Numbered from the stretch's first letter, positions 20,442 to 31,475 are shown. The stretch is 62,005 nucleotides of DNA from a virus (IMGVR_UViG_3300037247_002096:1-62005), one strand, 5' to 3'. Numbers and translations are program-made. The notes: generated by a model not told the origin, from the sequence alone.

Positions 20442-21320
20442 ATGGGTGCTTTTGCGGGGGCTGCAATATCTATCGGGGGATCATTGCTGGCAAGTTCTTT
20501 AGCCGGTGATGGCGATGGTGGCGGTGATGAAGGCGCAGGAATAAGCCAAGCTGCCATTGAGGAATTGAAAAGACAATTTGGACTTGTAGAGGAAAACGTT
20601 CAGCCTTTTATTGATGTTGGTGCACGGCAAATACCGGGTGTGGAACGTGCTGCCACAGTAGGAGGGCTTGACGAAATTCTTGGCGAAATATTCGGTACTG
20701 AAACTTTTAGAAATCTTGTTGGTGAAAGAACACGGGGAGTTCAGGGTGCCTTGTCTGCTGGTGGATTGACAAGATCAGGAACGGCAGTACAAGAACTCTC
20801 TGCAGTTCCACAAGATATTGGATTGGCTATTGAGCAATTAATTTCAGGAAGGCAAACAGATTTATTCAAAACTGGACTTGGAGCTACCTTAGATTTAGGT
20901 GGTTTAGGTATTCAAGGCGCATCCGCACAAGCTGGTGTCGGATCTGCCCAAGCTCAAAGAAGTTTTCAAGCCGGACAGGGTGCAAGTAGCAGACGTTCAG
21001 ATTTGATTGGAGGGCTTATTGGTGGTGGTGGTTCAATTATTGGTGGATTGGCACAAAGTGGATTTTTTAATTCCGATCCGTGGTTGAAAGAAAATGTAGA
21101 AATAATTGGGAAAATTGGTTCACTGAATCTATATCAGTGGGATTGGAGACCTGAAGTTGCTGATACATTTATCGGGAAATTCCCCACCATTGGTTTCATG
21201 GCAGACGAAGTGAAAAAACTTTACCCGCAATTTGTTAAGCCTTTATTCGGATTTGATGCTGTTCATTATTCAAACCTGTTAGACAAAATCGAGAGCGAAA
21301 ACGTTCTCGCTGCCGCATAA
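20442..21320 (+). CDS. DNA ejection protein (gp7-like) with S74-like C-terminal domain
   Basis: Gly/Ala-rich; GGLTRSG; C-terminal SDPWLKEN...IGFMADEV. Confidence 0.7.
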   Translation: MGAFAGAAISIGGSLLASSLAGDGDGGGDEGAGISQAAIEELKRQFGLVEENVQPFIDVGARQIPGVERAATVGGLDEILGEIFGTETFRNLVGERTRGVQGALSAGGLTRSGTAVQELSAVPQDIGLAIEQLISGRQTDLFKTGLGATLDLGGLGIQGASAQAGVGSAQAQRSFQAGQGASSRRSDLIGGLIGGGGSIIGGLAQSGFFNSDPWLKENVEIIGKIGSLNLYQWDWRPEVADTFIGKFPTIGFMADEVKKLYPQFVKPLFGFDAVHYSNLLDKIESENVLAAA

Positions 21321-21332
21321 GAGGAAAATAAC

Positions 21333-23045
21333 ATGGCAACAATCGGACAAGGTCTTTTACAAGCTGGTCAAAGTATCGGTACTGGATTTGCGCGGGCAGG
21401 TGAAGACCGTAGGTTGCGGGAAAGAGAAGACACTCGCAGGCAATCTGTGATTGATGCCGCTGCCCTACAGCGTACTCAAAAGCTCGAAGACCAAAACCGT
21501 TTGGCTGGAAATGTTGAGCAGATCATCCGACAAAAACTTGGATTGCCTTCAACTCAAATTCAAGAGCCTATTTCTCCAGTAACCCCGGATGTGACCGATG
21601 ACGCTACAAAAGTATCTCAAGTCAGCCAAAGCGGAACCCCACAAGTAATCGCCGGTGTCGGGTTTACCCCTGCTATGGCAAAACCATTTGCTAAAATTTT
21701 GGCCCAAAACCCGCAAGCTTTTACAACCCTGATTGGTTTTCTTAAAACGGCTGACAATCAAAAGTTGGCGGTGGCGGCAAAGACCACTGAACAAAATTTA
21801 CAATTGTCAACTCTGTTGTCAAGAGCAAAGACCAATGGGCAAATGGATTTCATGATTAAAAATATCATAGAAACCAAACCAAACTTGTCTCAACAACAAA
21901 GAGAACAATTATTGCGATTGCAAAATGACCCGGATTTTGACAATAGAAAATTGAGGTTGAACCGTTTCACCGATGAAAACCGATCAACAAAGGATTTATT
22001 GATTGAACACAATAAAGTAAGAGCCGAAACACGGGCTTTGGAAACTTCAGAAATCGGGCGTGGCAGAGATGCCGTACTCGGTGTTTTGTCTACTGTTCAA
22101 AACCAGACAGACCCAAATGTCCAAGTACAGATGCTGGAACAAGGGGTGGCAGATTTAAAAGCCCAAGGTTTGGATGCCCGTCCACTCGAACGAATTGTGG
22201 CTCATCCGCAAAGAAATTTGCGATTGCCAAATTTGATCGCAGGAACCATCGGAGCATTTACACCTGGAGCGGTCACCACGGCCCAGCTTGGTAGGGTCAA
22301 AACACCTGCTGAAATTGTTCAACAAGCTCCTGCAACTGCTGTTGGCAAGGCAAGGGACGATTTTAATAGAGGAAAGATTACCAAAAAAGATTTAAATATT
22401 ATTACCAATGCTCCGCCACAGTTCCAAACAAATCTTGGAAAATCGCTTGGTGACAAGCAGGCGGCAATAAATCTTTTTGGTGCTGATAGTGAACAAGCTA
22501 AAATTTTCGATGAAGTCATAGCATCAGATGCAAAGGGGGAGCCTGCAAAATTAACTGATATAGCTGGCTTGCGAAAGGAATATACCGGTCTTTCAGGCGA
22601 TTTTATTAAATTACGAGATGCTATCGGAAAAGTAGATGAGAATTTCAATTTTCCTTCTGCGGCTGGTGATTTGTCTATGATTTTTAATTTTATGAAGATA
22701 TTAGACCCTGGCTCCGTAGTAAGAGAGAGCGAGTTTGCTACAGCACAGAATGCGGCTGGCGTACCAGAGAGAATCAGGGCGCAATGGAATAGAGCCCTTA
22801 GAGGCGAAAGATTGTCGCCCGTCACAAGGAAAGACTTCTTTGATACAGCAAATAGATTATTCAAGTCTCAGGAAGATAAGCAAATCCAATTGGAGGCAAG
22901 TTTTACCAGACTTGCAAACGAACTAAATATTGATCCTAAGAAGGTGATTATAAATTTCAGGACCGCCAAAAAAGGTAATGGACAAATAACTCCGACACAG
23001 CAAACCAGGTTGAATGAACTGCGTCAAAAACAAAGGGTTCAATAA
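21333..23045 (+). CDS. DNA ejection protein (gp20-like)
   Basis: Position; MKILDPGSVVRESEF motif. Confidence 0.7.
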   Translation: MATIGQGLLQAGQSIGTGFARAGEDRRLREREDTRRQSVIDAAALQRTQKLEDQNRLAGNVEQIIRQKLGLPSTQIQEPISPVTPDVTDDATKVSQVSQSGTPQVIAGVGFTPAMAKPFAKILAQNPQAFTTLIGFLKTADNQKLAVAAKTTEQNLQLSTLLSRAKTNGQMDFMIKNIIETKPNLSQQQREQLLRLQNDPDFDNRKLRLNRFTDENRSTKDLLIEHNKVRAETRALETSEIGRGRDAVLGVLSTVQNQTDPNVQVQMLEQGVADLKAQGLDARPLERIVAHPQRNLRLPNLIAGTIGAFTPGAVTTAQLGRVKTPAEIVQQAPATAVGKARDDFNRGKITKKDLNIITNAPPQFQTNLGKSLGDKQAAINLFGADSEQAKIFDEVIASDAKGEPAKLTDIAGLRKEYTGLSGDFIKLRDAIGKVDENFNFPSAAGDLSMIFNFMKILDPGSVVRESEFATAQNAAGVPERIRAQWNRALRGERLSPVTRKDFFDTANRLFKSQEDKQIQLEASFTRLANELNIDPKKVIINFRTAKKGNGQITPTQQTRLNELRQKQRVQ

Positions 23046-25318
23046 TGGCTTTATCGGAATTAGAAGAATTGGATTTTCGTGAACGACTGGATGCTGGCAC
23101 TTTAACCGAATTGGAAGAATTGGATTTTCGTGAACGATTGGAAACTGTCCCTGCAGGTGTGGGAGCCAAACCATCCCCGGTTGATCTGTCTCAACAGACG
23201 ACGGCTCCCGCGCCTGCAACTACTGACCCTAACATTCAAGGACAACCGACCCAACAAACTCCAGAGGGTTTTTTTGAGGGCTTGAAGGACAACCCCATCG
23301 CCCAAAATATTATAGGCAATCTTGATTTGGCTAAAAATATTATTGCACAAACAGCGTTGTTACCTGTTGCTGGTATGGCAGGCATCGTACAAGGGTTAAA
23401 CCCCTTTGCAGAAGAACGTGCGAGTCTCAGGGCTATTGAGGATGTTCAAGCTTTAGCCCCTGAATTAAGCCCGCAGGGAGCGCAAGCGGCTCAAACAATT
23501 GGTGGAATAGTTCAAGATGTTGTGGGGGCTGTGCCTAAACCCGTTCGGGAAGCTGTTTCGGCCACAACTGGATTTATAGGGGAAAAATTTCGTGCACTGG
23601 AAGAAGCAGCTTTTCAGAAATTTGGCCCAATAGGAGGGACAATAGTCGGGGTTGCACCCGAAGCCGCATTAGAAATCATCCCTGGTTTTTCTATTATCAA
23701 AAAAGCCCGTAATGTTCGCACAACAGCGGCGGACGATATCATCCAAAGCACAAACGATAATTTAAGACAACAGAATGTGCAGGCTTTGAAAGCCGATATC
23801 CCCGCCGAAGCAAAAGATTATGGCAACTTGGTTGAGGATATTCGTAAAGAAAAGGTGCAAAATGTCGCCCGACAAGTCCTGCCCGATCAAGAAATTCTAA
23901 AATCTGCTGAAAATCTCAATGTTGATTTAAATCCTTCTCATTACTCCACAAACCGCAAGTTTATTGAGGTCGAGCAATCTCTAAAATCCGTTGCGCCTGG
24001 TTCCAGGCTCGGTCAGGTAGAAACCGCAGCGATTGTCAAAACCGGCGAGGGGGCTGACAATTTAATACGCGATTTAAGTGGAGAAATCGATAAGAGCTTG
24101 GTTGATATCAGGGTAAAAAACGAAGTTCAAAAGAATATTGCCAACCTAAATAAAAAATCTGATATTGCTTATGCAACTGTCAACAAGGCCATTCCCGCAC
24201 CCACCAAAGTTGTGCCCACAGATTCCAAAGCATATATCAAACAAAGACTGGACGATTTGGGCCAGGACGTGTCTCTCCTAACAACAGCAGAGAAACAGTT
24301 GAAAAGGTTGACTGACACGGGAGCGAACCCCACCTATGGGGCCTTGGACCAAGTGCGAAGAAACGTAGGCGATGCTCTGGGTAAAAACCGTGGCCCTTTT
24401 AAGGACGATGAAAGAGGCGTTCTTGAGCAAACCTATAAAGTTTTGAGCAATGATCAACAAGGCGTGGCCGATGCTTTTGGCGTTGGGGGTGAATATGCGT
24501 TGGGCCGTAAATTGGTTTTTGGCCGCAAAAACTTGGAAAAAAAAGCGGTTGATATCTTCGGGAAAGATGTTGAACGCGGTACGTTTTTACCAAAATTGCG
24601 GTCTGCAGCAGTGGCACTCACCAAAGGAGACGTTTCGCGTTTCAATAAATTGTTGAATGCCCTGCCCCCAAACCGGAGAAGAGAAGTTGCGGCGACAATG
24701 CTCAATGAAATATTTACCCAAGGTTCCCGGACCGGGCGGGATCTGGGACAAGGTTTTGTGAACGCTTTCGCCTCTTTGAATCGTAATAAAGGCGCAAAGG
24801 ATGCCCTTTTTGGTCCATTACCTACAGGGGCCCGTGCAAGATTTGACGATATTGGTCGTGTTGCCACCGGCATATTCAAATCCAAAGCGTTTCAAAATAA
24901 TTCCCGAACAGCTATTGCCACTTCTCTTGTTCGCTCTATGGATGATGGCACTTTTTTCGGCAAAATTCTTAGCAGTGGTCAAGATGTGCTTGTTGGAGGT
25001 GCAATAGGTTCGGCTTTTGGTGGCCCAGTCGCTGGTGCGGCTTCGGGTTTGTTTAAGGGCCTTTTAACACCGAAGGGAAAGTCCTCAATACAGGCGGCAG
25101 ATGCGTTTTTAACTTCACCTAAATTCAAACGGGCAATAGAGGATGCCTTGACTGGTGATGTCGAAAAATCCAATGTAATTATGAAATCTCAGGTTTTTAA
25201 AAATTGGGTGAAACAACAGCCTCCGGATATCAAAAAAGAGATTGCTGCGATTGGGTTGGTGCCTTGGTTGGTGGGGGGCGATACCGGGCTTACTTTGTCT
25301 TTACAAGAGGAACAATAG
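23045..25318 (+). CDS. DNA ejection protein (gp16-like)
   Basis: Large helical protein, third of the ejection cluster; N-terminal ELEELDFRERL repeated twice. Confidence 0.7.
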   Translation: MALSELEELDFRERLDAGTLTELEELDFRERLETVPAGVGAKPSPVDLSQQTTAPAPATTDPNIQGQPTQQTPEGFFEGLKDNPIAQNIIGNLDLAKNIIAQTALLPVAGMAGIVQGLNPFAEERASLRAIEDVQALAPELSPQGAQAAQTIGGIVQDVVGAVPKPVREAVSATTGFIGEKFRALEEAAFQKFGPIGGTIVGVAPEAALEIIPGFSIIKKARNVRTTAADDIIQSTNDNLRQQNVQALKADIPAEAKDYGNLVEDIRKEKVQNVARQVLPDQEILKSAENLNVDLNPSHYSTNRKFIEVEQSLKSVAPGSRLGQVETAAIVKTGEGADNLIRDLSGEIDKSLVDIRVKNEVQKNIANLNKKSDIAYATVNKAIPAPTKVVPTDSKAYIKQRLDDLGQDVSLLTTAEKQLKRLTDTGANPTYGALDQVRRNVGDALGKNRGPFKDDERGVLEQTYKVLSNDQQGVADAFGVGGEYALGRKLVFGRKNLEKKAVDIFGKDVERGTFLPKLRSAAVALTKGDVSRFNKLLNALPPNRRREVAATMLNEIFTQGSRTGRDLGQGFVNAFASLNRNKGAKDALFGPLPTGARARFDDIGRVATGIFKSKAFQNNSRTAIATSLVRSMDDGTFFGKILSSGQDVLVGGAIGSAFGGPVAGAASGLFKGLLTPKGKSSIQAADAFLTSPKFKRAIEDALTGDVEKSNVIMKSQVFKNWVKQQPPDIKKEIAAIGLVPWLVGGDTGLTLSLQEEQ

Positions 25319-25510
25319 TTATTTTGTTTTTAGCCAATTGGTGCCAAATTTTAACAACAAGAATAACAACAAAATGTAACCGCCTTGTTGAAATGTAAGG
25401 GGTTGAATATTCAAGGCTGTCATAATTTCAGGGAAAATATATCCCATTAAATAAACAAGGGGCAACAGTATTAATCCGATTAAAATTTTTTCAAAAATAG
25501 TGTTTTTCAT
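25319..25510 (-). CDS. Small membrane protein
   Basis: Two hydrophobic segments; opposite strand to the late operon. Confidence 0.55.
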   Translation of the reverse strand: MKNTIFEKILIGLILLPLVYLMGYIFPEIMTALNIQPLTFQQGGYILLLFLLLKFGTNWLKTK

Positions 25511-25526
25511 AGGCTTAAAAACGGGA

Positions 25527-25781
25527 TTAACTCCGTAAATTTTTGGATGTGTCCCATCTTTTAATAATTGTATTTCGATGTTTCATTTCCTGTTCAACAT
25601 TCTGAAACATATCATCTAAAAGGCCAATAACCCATCCCAAAAGAAGAAATAGGACAAAAGCACCAAAAATACCAAAAAGGAAACCATTGAAAAAGAAATT
25701 TGCACCAACAGCACTTATGAAAATAACAAAAATGAAAACATTAAGAAGAGCGAAAACCGCAAAAGACAATTTCATAATCAT
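25527..25781 (-). CDS. Small membrane protein
   Basis: Two hydrophobic segments; opposite strand to the late operon. Confidence 0.55.
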   Translation of the reverse strand: MIMKLSFAVFALLNVFIFVIFISAVGANFFFNGFLFGIFGAFVLFLLLGWVIGLLDDMFQNVEQEMKHRNTIIKRWDTSKNLRS

Positions 25782-25874
25782 TTCAAGTGATCCAAATTGA
25801 GATTATAGATTATTCAGGATGTTTCATAGCATTTCAAGTATACCATTTTTAAAAGGATTGTAAAGGATAAAACC

Positions 25875-27212
25875 ATGGCAGCGCAACTCGTTGAAAACAT
25901 ACAATATTTCGGTAGTGACGGCCTCCCCCTGGTGGGGGGGCTCATTTACATCGGAACAGTGGGGACAGAACCCATAGGAAACCTGATTTCTATTTTTGCC
26001 GACGAAGAACTCACTATCCCTATAGCCAACCCGCAAACAATTGGCATCGATGGCTTCTCGGCCAATAAAATCTTCATTCCTGAAAAATACAGTCTAAGGG
26101 TCAATACTGTTCTGGGAGCCCAATTTTTATTGGATCTGAACGTTGGTTCTGTTCCCGAAACAGGGATCACCGTTCTCAGTAACATTCAGGGAATAAATGT
26201 AATCAATGCTGACACATCCGCTGGCATAACCTCCTATAAAGACCAAGAAACTTTTGTGTTGACAGTGGTTGGGACCAATTCGGGCACCTCAGGTGTCACT
26301 CTAAGCATTGACAATCTGGATCCAAAACCAATCGTTAAGAATTTTGACCAAGCAATTGACCCCGGTGACTTTACCAGCACTCAGCCAATTATAGTCATTT
26401 ACAACTCAAGCAATGATAATTTTCATTGGACAAATGCCAGCGTTAAAACAAAACGTCAAACCAAAGGGAGTGATATTCCTTCCGCAATATCCATCACCGT
26501 TCCCGATAACGATGGCAATAGATTCGACATTACAGGCTCTGCAACCATTGCAACGATCAATGGTGTGCCTGGGACAGAATTTGAATTACAAACAGACAGT
26601 GCTCTCACTTTTACCAATTCCGCATCCCTTGCCATGATAACCAGCGCCGATATTTTAACGGAACCAGGCGATAGGTTGACATTTTTCCAGATAACTTCAA
26701 ATACTGCGGTCAATACAAATATTGCGAAGGCTGATGGCACGGCAGTTTTCTTAGCTGCAAATTCCGGTGTTAAACAGATTGTGACTGCCTCTACCGTGGT
26801 ATTTTCGACCAACGCAGTTACAACACCAGCGTTTGATGACACTATTCCACAAAATACAGAAGGTTTTGAGATTTTAACACTCTCAATAACGCCACAAAAA
26901 TCAACAAATAGACTTGTCTTTTTTTATAATGGGAGCCATACGAATTCAAGTAATGTTACAATTGTTGCCTCTATATTCCAAGATTCAACGGCAAACGCCT
27001 TAACTGCACAAGGTTTTTTACCTAATAGTCCTGGAATTGTTAACTCATTTCAACTTAATCATGAGATGCAAGCGGGGACAACTTCATTAACGACATTTAA
27101 TATACGCATTGGAGCCTCTGCAGGGACCATCGCAACCAACGGGACTACAAGTGCCCGTATTTATGGCGGAGTTTTAACAACAAGGCTGATAATTATGGAG
27201 TTCGAGCCATGA
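25875..27212 (+). CDS. Tailspike/tail fibre with P22-like head-binding N-terminus
   Basis: GLPLVGGLIYIG...PIANP head-binding motif; C-terminus paralogous to 6465-7433. Confidence 0.8.
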   Translation: MAAQLVENIQYFGSDGLPLVGGLIYIGTVGTEPIGNLISIFADEELTIPIANPQTIGIDGFSANKIFIPEKYSLRVNTVLGAQFLLDLNVGSVPETGITVLSNIQGINVINADTSAGITSYKDQETFVLTVVGTNSGTSGVTLSIDNLDPKPIVKNFDQAIDPGDFTSTQPIIVIYNSSNDNFHWTNASVKTKRQTKGSDIPSAISITVPDNDGNRFDITGSATIATINGVPGTEFELQTDSALTFTNSASLAMITSADILTEPGDRLTFFQITSNTAVNTNIAKADGTAVFLAANSGVKQIVTASTVVFSTNAVTTPAFDDTIPQNTEGFEILTLSITPQKSTNRLVFFYNGSHTNSSNVTIVASIFQDSTANALTAQGFLPNSPGIVNSFQLNHEMQAGTTSLTTFNIRIGASAGTIATNGTTSARIYGGVLTTRLIIMEFEP

Positions 27213-27234
27213 GATTAGATACTGGAATGATAAA

Positions 27235-27495
27235 ATGAGTGAAATTACAAAAGAAGATTTAACTCAATCTAATTCTGACCTGAAAACTTTTATAAATGAT
27301 AAATTTGATGAAAATGAAAAACGCCAAAACATATTATTTAAACAACTATCAGAAACAGTAGGAGAACATGAAGATATATTGCGGGGGAAAGATAGAACCT
27401 CTGGGATGATAAAAAAAATAAATTACCTATGGATTGTTGCCGGAACCGGCGCGGGTGGTCTCATTTGGAAACTATGGGAATATATGTCTTTATGA
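27235..27495 (+). CDS. Putative holin-like protein
   Basis: Coiled coil plus C-terminal TM segment at the end of the late operon. Confidence 0.45.
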   Translation: MSEITKEDLTQSNSDLKTFINDKFDENEKRQNILFKQLSETVGEHEDILRGKDRTSGMIKKINYLWIVAGTGAGGLIWKLWEYMSL

Positions 27496-27969
27496 TTCAG
27501 GAAAATCCGAACATATATTTTCTCCAGTCTGACACATTCAACCGCCCTTGTTAATTGAAATATCGTATCCGACCCACAAATTTAGAAAAATTAACAAATA
27601 TTTACAAAAGTATATTAACGTTATAAAAAAAAGACAATAAAACAACCACAATAAAAGGGTTTTCATATTATGATTCATGGAAATCCGGCTCATCATTATC
27701 CCCTTTCAGGTATTAACACCTTTTTTTTAATTTGTGAAATAAATTGGGGGCCAAATTCAAATGTAAAATCAAATTTTGAATCAATTGTATGACGATGAAA
27801 ACGATACCCCTTGCGGGTAAATTTTGGATTAAAGCAAAATACTATTTGTTTGTCCACAATACGAACAATAGTTATTTTCTTAATTTTAAAATTATCAGGA
27901 TTGATAATCCTAGACATAATTTTAGCTCTGTTCAACGACATATTTTCTATATCCATCTCATATCCCCTT

Positions 27970-28377
27970 TTATTTTACCACCCCTATACATTCACCAAAA
28001 TGAACCGTCCCCCGGCCATTGTTTTCTAAATATTTTGATTTACCCGTAACCGAATCGTTGAACACCTGCACATCAAATTGGCCTTTGAAATGATAATATT
28101 TTTCTATCCCATTCGTTATTGAACGACGGTCAATTTTATAATTGTCGCAAGTGCGCTTTTCTTCGATCATTGAAAAAGAACATCGTTTCAAAATATCTGG
28201 CCTTCCTGCTTCATTCCAAATAATCACTGTGCCAGGAGCCCACCTATATATATATTCCTCACTCCATTTACCATCAGAGTCCACCACTCGGCTGGCAATA
28301 CAATGATATTGAACAGCCTGAGAGTGACCAGCAACCAACAAAAATAAGATAATTAGAAATGCTTTTATCCCTATCAT
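27970..28377 (-). CDS. Secreted hypothetical protein
   Basis: Signal peptide; paired cysteines. Confidence 0.6.
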   Translation of the reverse strand: MIGIKAFLIILFLLVAGHSQAVQYHCIASRVVDSDGKWSEEYIYRWAPGTVIIWNEAGRPDILKRCSFSMIEEKRTCDNYKIDRRSITNGIEKYYHFKGQFDVQVFNDSVTGKSKYLENNGRGTVHFGECIGVVK

Positions 28378-28736
28378 TGAACTTTCTTTTTTGGTATAAA
28401 ATTAGGATCCAAACCTTCAAACCAAACACGTGTTATATCTTCAGTGTGCTTTCTGAGCACAATTACATAACCTAAATGACGACAACGATTCCCAAATGCA
28501 GCAGCTAGTTTCGTTTCTAATTCGATGCAATCGCCTTCTTCCATTCTAACAATCAAATGATCCCACTTACCTCCACCCCACCTATTAGTTGGAGGCATTA
28601 AATTCTTAAGGATTTTGATATTTTTTATTTCATCAGGAACGGGACCGCTTAAATTCAATTGTTCGCTATGTTTAAAGGTTTTCTTGGAGTTTACATTAGA
28701 AGCTTTTTTAGATTTTTTCTTTGTCGCTGTCACCAT
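28374..28736 (-). CDS. Hypothetical, possibly DNA-binding protein
   Basis: AAGGAG RBS; basic N-terminus. Confidence 0.6.
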   Translation of the reverse strand: MVTATKKKSKKASNVNSKKTFKHSEQLNLSGPVPDEIKNIKILKNLMPPTNRWGGGKWDHLIVRMEEGDCIELETKLAAAFGNRCRHLGYVIVLRKHTEDITRVWFEGLDPNFIPKKKVQ

Positions 28737-28882
28737 TGAAATTCTCCTTTAACAAAAATCGAAATCAGTATATGAAGAAAATTCCAATGGGGGTGAATAG
28801 AACCGATAATAGACTCAAAATATAACGAAATTCACAACAATCCTATCACCCCCTTGGAGGGCATTAGAAATTCTGTTTGCGA

Positions 28883-29515
28883 TTAGAACGCATATCTGAG
28901 CCCCAGATTTACGTTGTGACTTGTGTAATCAGCCTCAAACTTATTACCAAGCCCATCTTCAAAATCTAAATCTGCTGTTGCAAAAAGTTCATAGCCACCA
29001 GTAAGGGATATATTTGGAGTAACTTCATAGGCTGCGCCGACACCAATTTTCCAGGCAAATACCGTATCAGAGTCATCATTTTCCAACGCACTACCAACAA
29101 AGGAGGCATCGTTAATGCTTACTTTTGCGATTCCGACTCCACCACCAATATAGGGTGTGATTGGGCTGTTGTTTTCGACATCATAAAACGCGTTAAACAT
29201 ATAACTGATTGCGGAAACATCCCCAGTTAAATCAAAACTTACAGGGCCGATGCTTGTTTGATTCAAATCGTTTTGCCGATAAGCGATTTCAAATTCTGTG
29301 CGGTACTTGCCAAAATCGTAACCCACAGCACCCCCGACAGAAAAACCGGTTTCGTAAGAAACGTCTTGGTCTGGAACGGCAATTTCAAATTCCTGAGTTG
29401 TATCATTGAGAAAATTCACACCACCCGAAAGTGAAGTATAAACATTACCTGCGAATGCTGACGTTGCCCAGAGGGACAACCCAACCACAAACACTACATT
29501 AATAAAATTTTTCAT
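28883..29515 (-). CDS. Outer-membrane beta-barrel protein (opacity/OmpA-like 8-strand family)
   Basis: Signal peptide, PYIGGGVG, FAWKIGVG, C-terminal YAF. Confidence 0.88.
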   Translation of the reverse strand: MKNFINVVFVVGLSLWATSAFAGNVYTSLSGGVNFLNDTTQEFEIAVPDQDVSYETGFSVGGAVGYDFGKYRTEFEIAYRQNDLNQTSIGPVSFDLTGDVSAISYMFNAFYDVENNSPITPYIGGGVGIAKVSINDASFVGSALENDDSDTVFAWKIGVGAAYEVTPNISLTGGYELFATADLDFEDGLGNKFEADYTSHNVNLGLRYAF

Positions 29516-29532
29516 TACTTCTCCTTTTCAAA

Positions 29533-30318
29533 TTAAAATGAATAAACAAATCCCATCTCTACTGAATGGGAATCAAGTCTGTAAGACTCACCTAATATTT
29601 CCACACCTGGAACTCCAAGAAAGCGATAAAACACTTGGCCATTTAAATTTTCTATGATTTCAGCGGACAATCCAACCAGACCCTGCCATGCAAATGTAAC
29701 ATCCGATTCATCGATGACTTCACCATTAAGATTTACAATTGCAAGGCCCAAACCGATGGCGGCAAATGGTGTGACCCTTTTGTCTAAATCAAAATCCCAA
29801 ATAAGGTTCGTCATTATTGTTTGAACCGTAAGGTCAGCCTCCAGATCAAAAGAGTTTGCGGTTGCAACTTCATCAATGGAAATCTGGGTAATATCTGTGT
29901 TGGGTTCACCATCAGTACCATCAGGGTCGGTTATCACCTTTTCTTCAATGAGTGTTTCAGTTGAGAAAGACTCTGAAAAATTATCAGTATCGGTAAGTTT
30001 ATATGTATATTCCAATTCAATACGAATGAATTTATGTAAACGTTTACCGACAGCTGCATAACCTGCATAGCCAGTGGATAAATTGTAGTTTCGACTTGCT
30101 AAATCTGTGATTGTTGTAATTGTAGAAGTTAAGGTGTCATTGGGTGGAGCACCACCATCTGCCACGGGATCGGTTTCAGTAATTGATTCACCAATGATTT
30201 CTGATTTTAAATTTTGGCCTGCCACCAACCCACCACCAGCAGAAAAATAAAAGTGTTCAGCAAATGCAGAAGTCGCAAACAAGGAAAAACCGACAACGAA
30301 TAATACATTTTTTACCAT
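29533..30318 (-). CDS. Outer-membrane beta-barrel protein, paralog with acidic loop insertions
   Basis: Signal peptide, PFAAIGLG, FAWQGLVG, C-terminal YSF. Confidence 0.85.
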   Translation of the reverse strand: MVKNVLFVVGFSLFATSAFAEHFYFSAGGGLVAGQNLKSEIIGESITETDPVADGGAPPNDTLTSTITTITDLASRNYNLSTGYAGYAAVGKRLHKFIRIELEYTYKLTDTDNFSESFSTETLIEEKVITDPDGTDGEPNTDITQISIDEVATANSFDLEADLTVQTIMTNLIWDFDLDKRVTPFAAIGLGLAIVNLNGEVIDESDVTFAWQGLVGLSAEIIENLNGQVFYRFLGVPGVEILGESYRLDSHSVEMGFVYSF

Positions 30319-30487
30319 TTCATTACTTTCTCCTTTTCAAATTAAATAAAAAAAAATGCCCGACCAAGGCGTGAAGGCTTCGAGACCTTACAATCTTGAT
30401 CGGACATTTTGAAACTATAAATTTATTCTCGAAGATATCACGCTTAATATAAGATTAGTCGATATGCCGATATTTGTCAAAGACAAT

Positions 30488-30889
30488 TTATTGCTTAATT
30501 TGGTAATAGAACTTTTTGACTTGCTTGATTTGTGATTTGTGCTTAAATTTCCTAAAATGATGGGAAATAAGCATAGATATCGTCCCTTTTGTAATTATTG
30601 AACCACGCTCAGTCCCGACTTTCTGACAAATTTCATCTAAATGAAGTGTCTTTTTGGCTTTCTTAAGGACAGATTCAATCTCATCGAATTTAACTTTTCC
30701 GTTTACGATTTTGGTGGGGATTTTGTCGATTGTGGTGGGGATTTTGTCTTCTATTTGGCGTAAAGTTGAGACATCCATCGCTTCTACATTCAAAATCAGA
30801 ATATCGAGCCGTTGAATGAATTCGTCATGTTCCAAAACAGCCTGATCTCGTGCTTTCTTTAAGGTAGTGAGAATATCTTCAAATAACAT
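30488..30889 (-). CDS. Hypothetical protein with probable C-terminal winged helix
   Basis: IESVLKKAKKTLHLDEI pattern. Confidence 0.55.
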   Translation of the reverse strand: MLFEDILTTLKKARDQAVLEHDEFIQRLDILILNVEAMDVSTLRQIEDKIPTTIDKIPTKIVNGKVKFDEIESVLKKAKKTLHLDEICQKVGTERGSIITKGTISMLISHHFRKFKHKSQIKQVKKFYYQIKQ

Positions 30890-31024
30890 AATCTGGGCTC
30901 CTTAGATCATCGTTATTCGCCTCGCTTGAATCGACGAATGACTAGGTTTCCATTAGATTTACACGGCAATGAAGTTATATTGGAATTAATGCTGTTTATA
31001 CACCTAATTTTGGTAGGTTTACTA

Positions 31025-31453
31025 CTACTTACCTTTCCGATTTTTTTTTTGCTGACCCAATAATTGGGCCTCTAGGTTTTCAATTCTTACTTTAAGACGT
31101 GTAATTTCCTCAACAACTTCAAGCATTTGGATTCCCAGCATGTGAATATCCTCCCCTGAAGAATTTTCCAGATGTTGATCCCCTATTATTTTTTGAATAT
31201 TGGAAGGATATCGCTTTTGCCCGTTCCCTGTCAACAGCCAAACAAAGTTTACTAAATAAATTTTGCTCGTCAATAATATGACATGGGATGAAACGTTTGT
31301 TCTTTTGCCCTTTTCGATGTCATTGATATAACCCGAAGATACCTTTATAGAATCCCCAAATTTGCTCATACTCAGACCAGATTTTTGTCTCAGGTAGCAA
31401 AAACGCTCCCCTAGCGAATAATATTCGCTTTCTGCTGCATTTTCTGTTGACAT
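31025..31453 (-). CDS. XRE-family HTH repressor (CI-like)
   Basis: LRQKSGLSMSKFG...YINDIEKGKR, WLLTGNG; divergent from the early operon. Confidence 0.85.
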   Translation of the reverse strand: MSTENAAESEYYSLGERFCYLRQKSGLSMSKFGDSIKVSSGYINDIEKGKRTNVSSHVILLTSKIYLVNFVWLLTGNGQKRYPSNIQKIIGDQHLENSSGEDIHMLGIQMLEVVEEITRLKVRIENLEAQLLGQQKKNRKGK

Positions 31454-31475
31454 TTACTCTCCCAGTGAGTAGACT
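31447..31475 (+). promoter_or_regulatory. Putative sigma70 rightward early promoter overlapping the repressor start
   Basis: TTGACA-17 nt-TAGACT. Confidence 0.5.
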
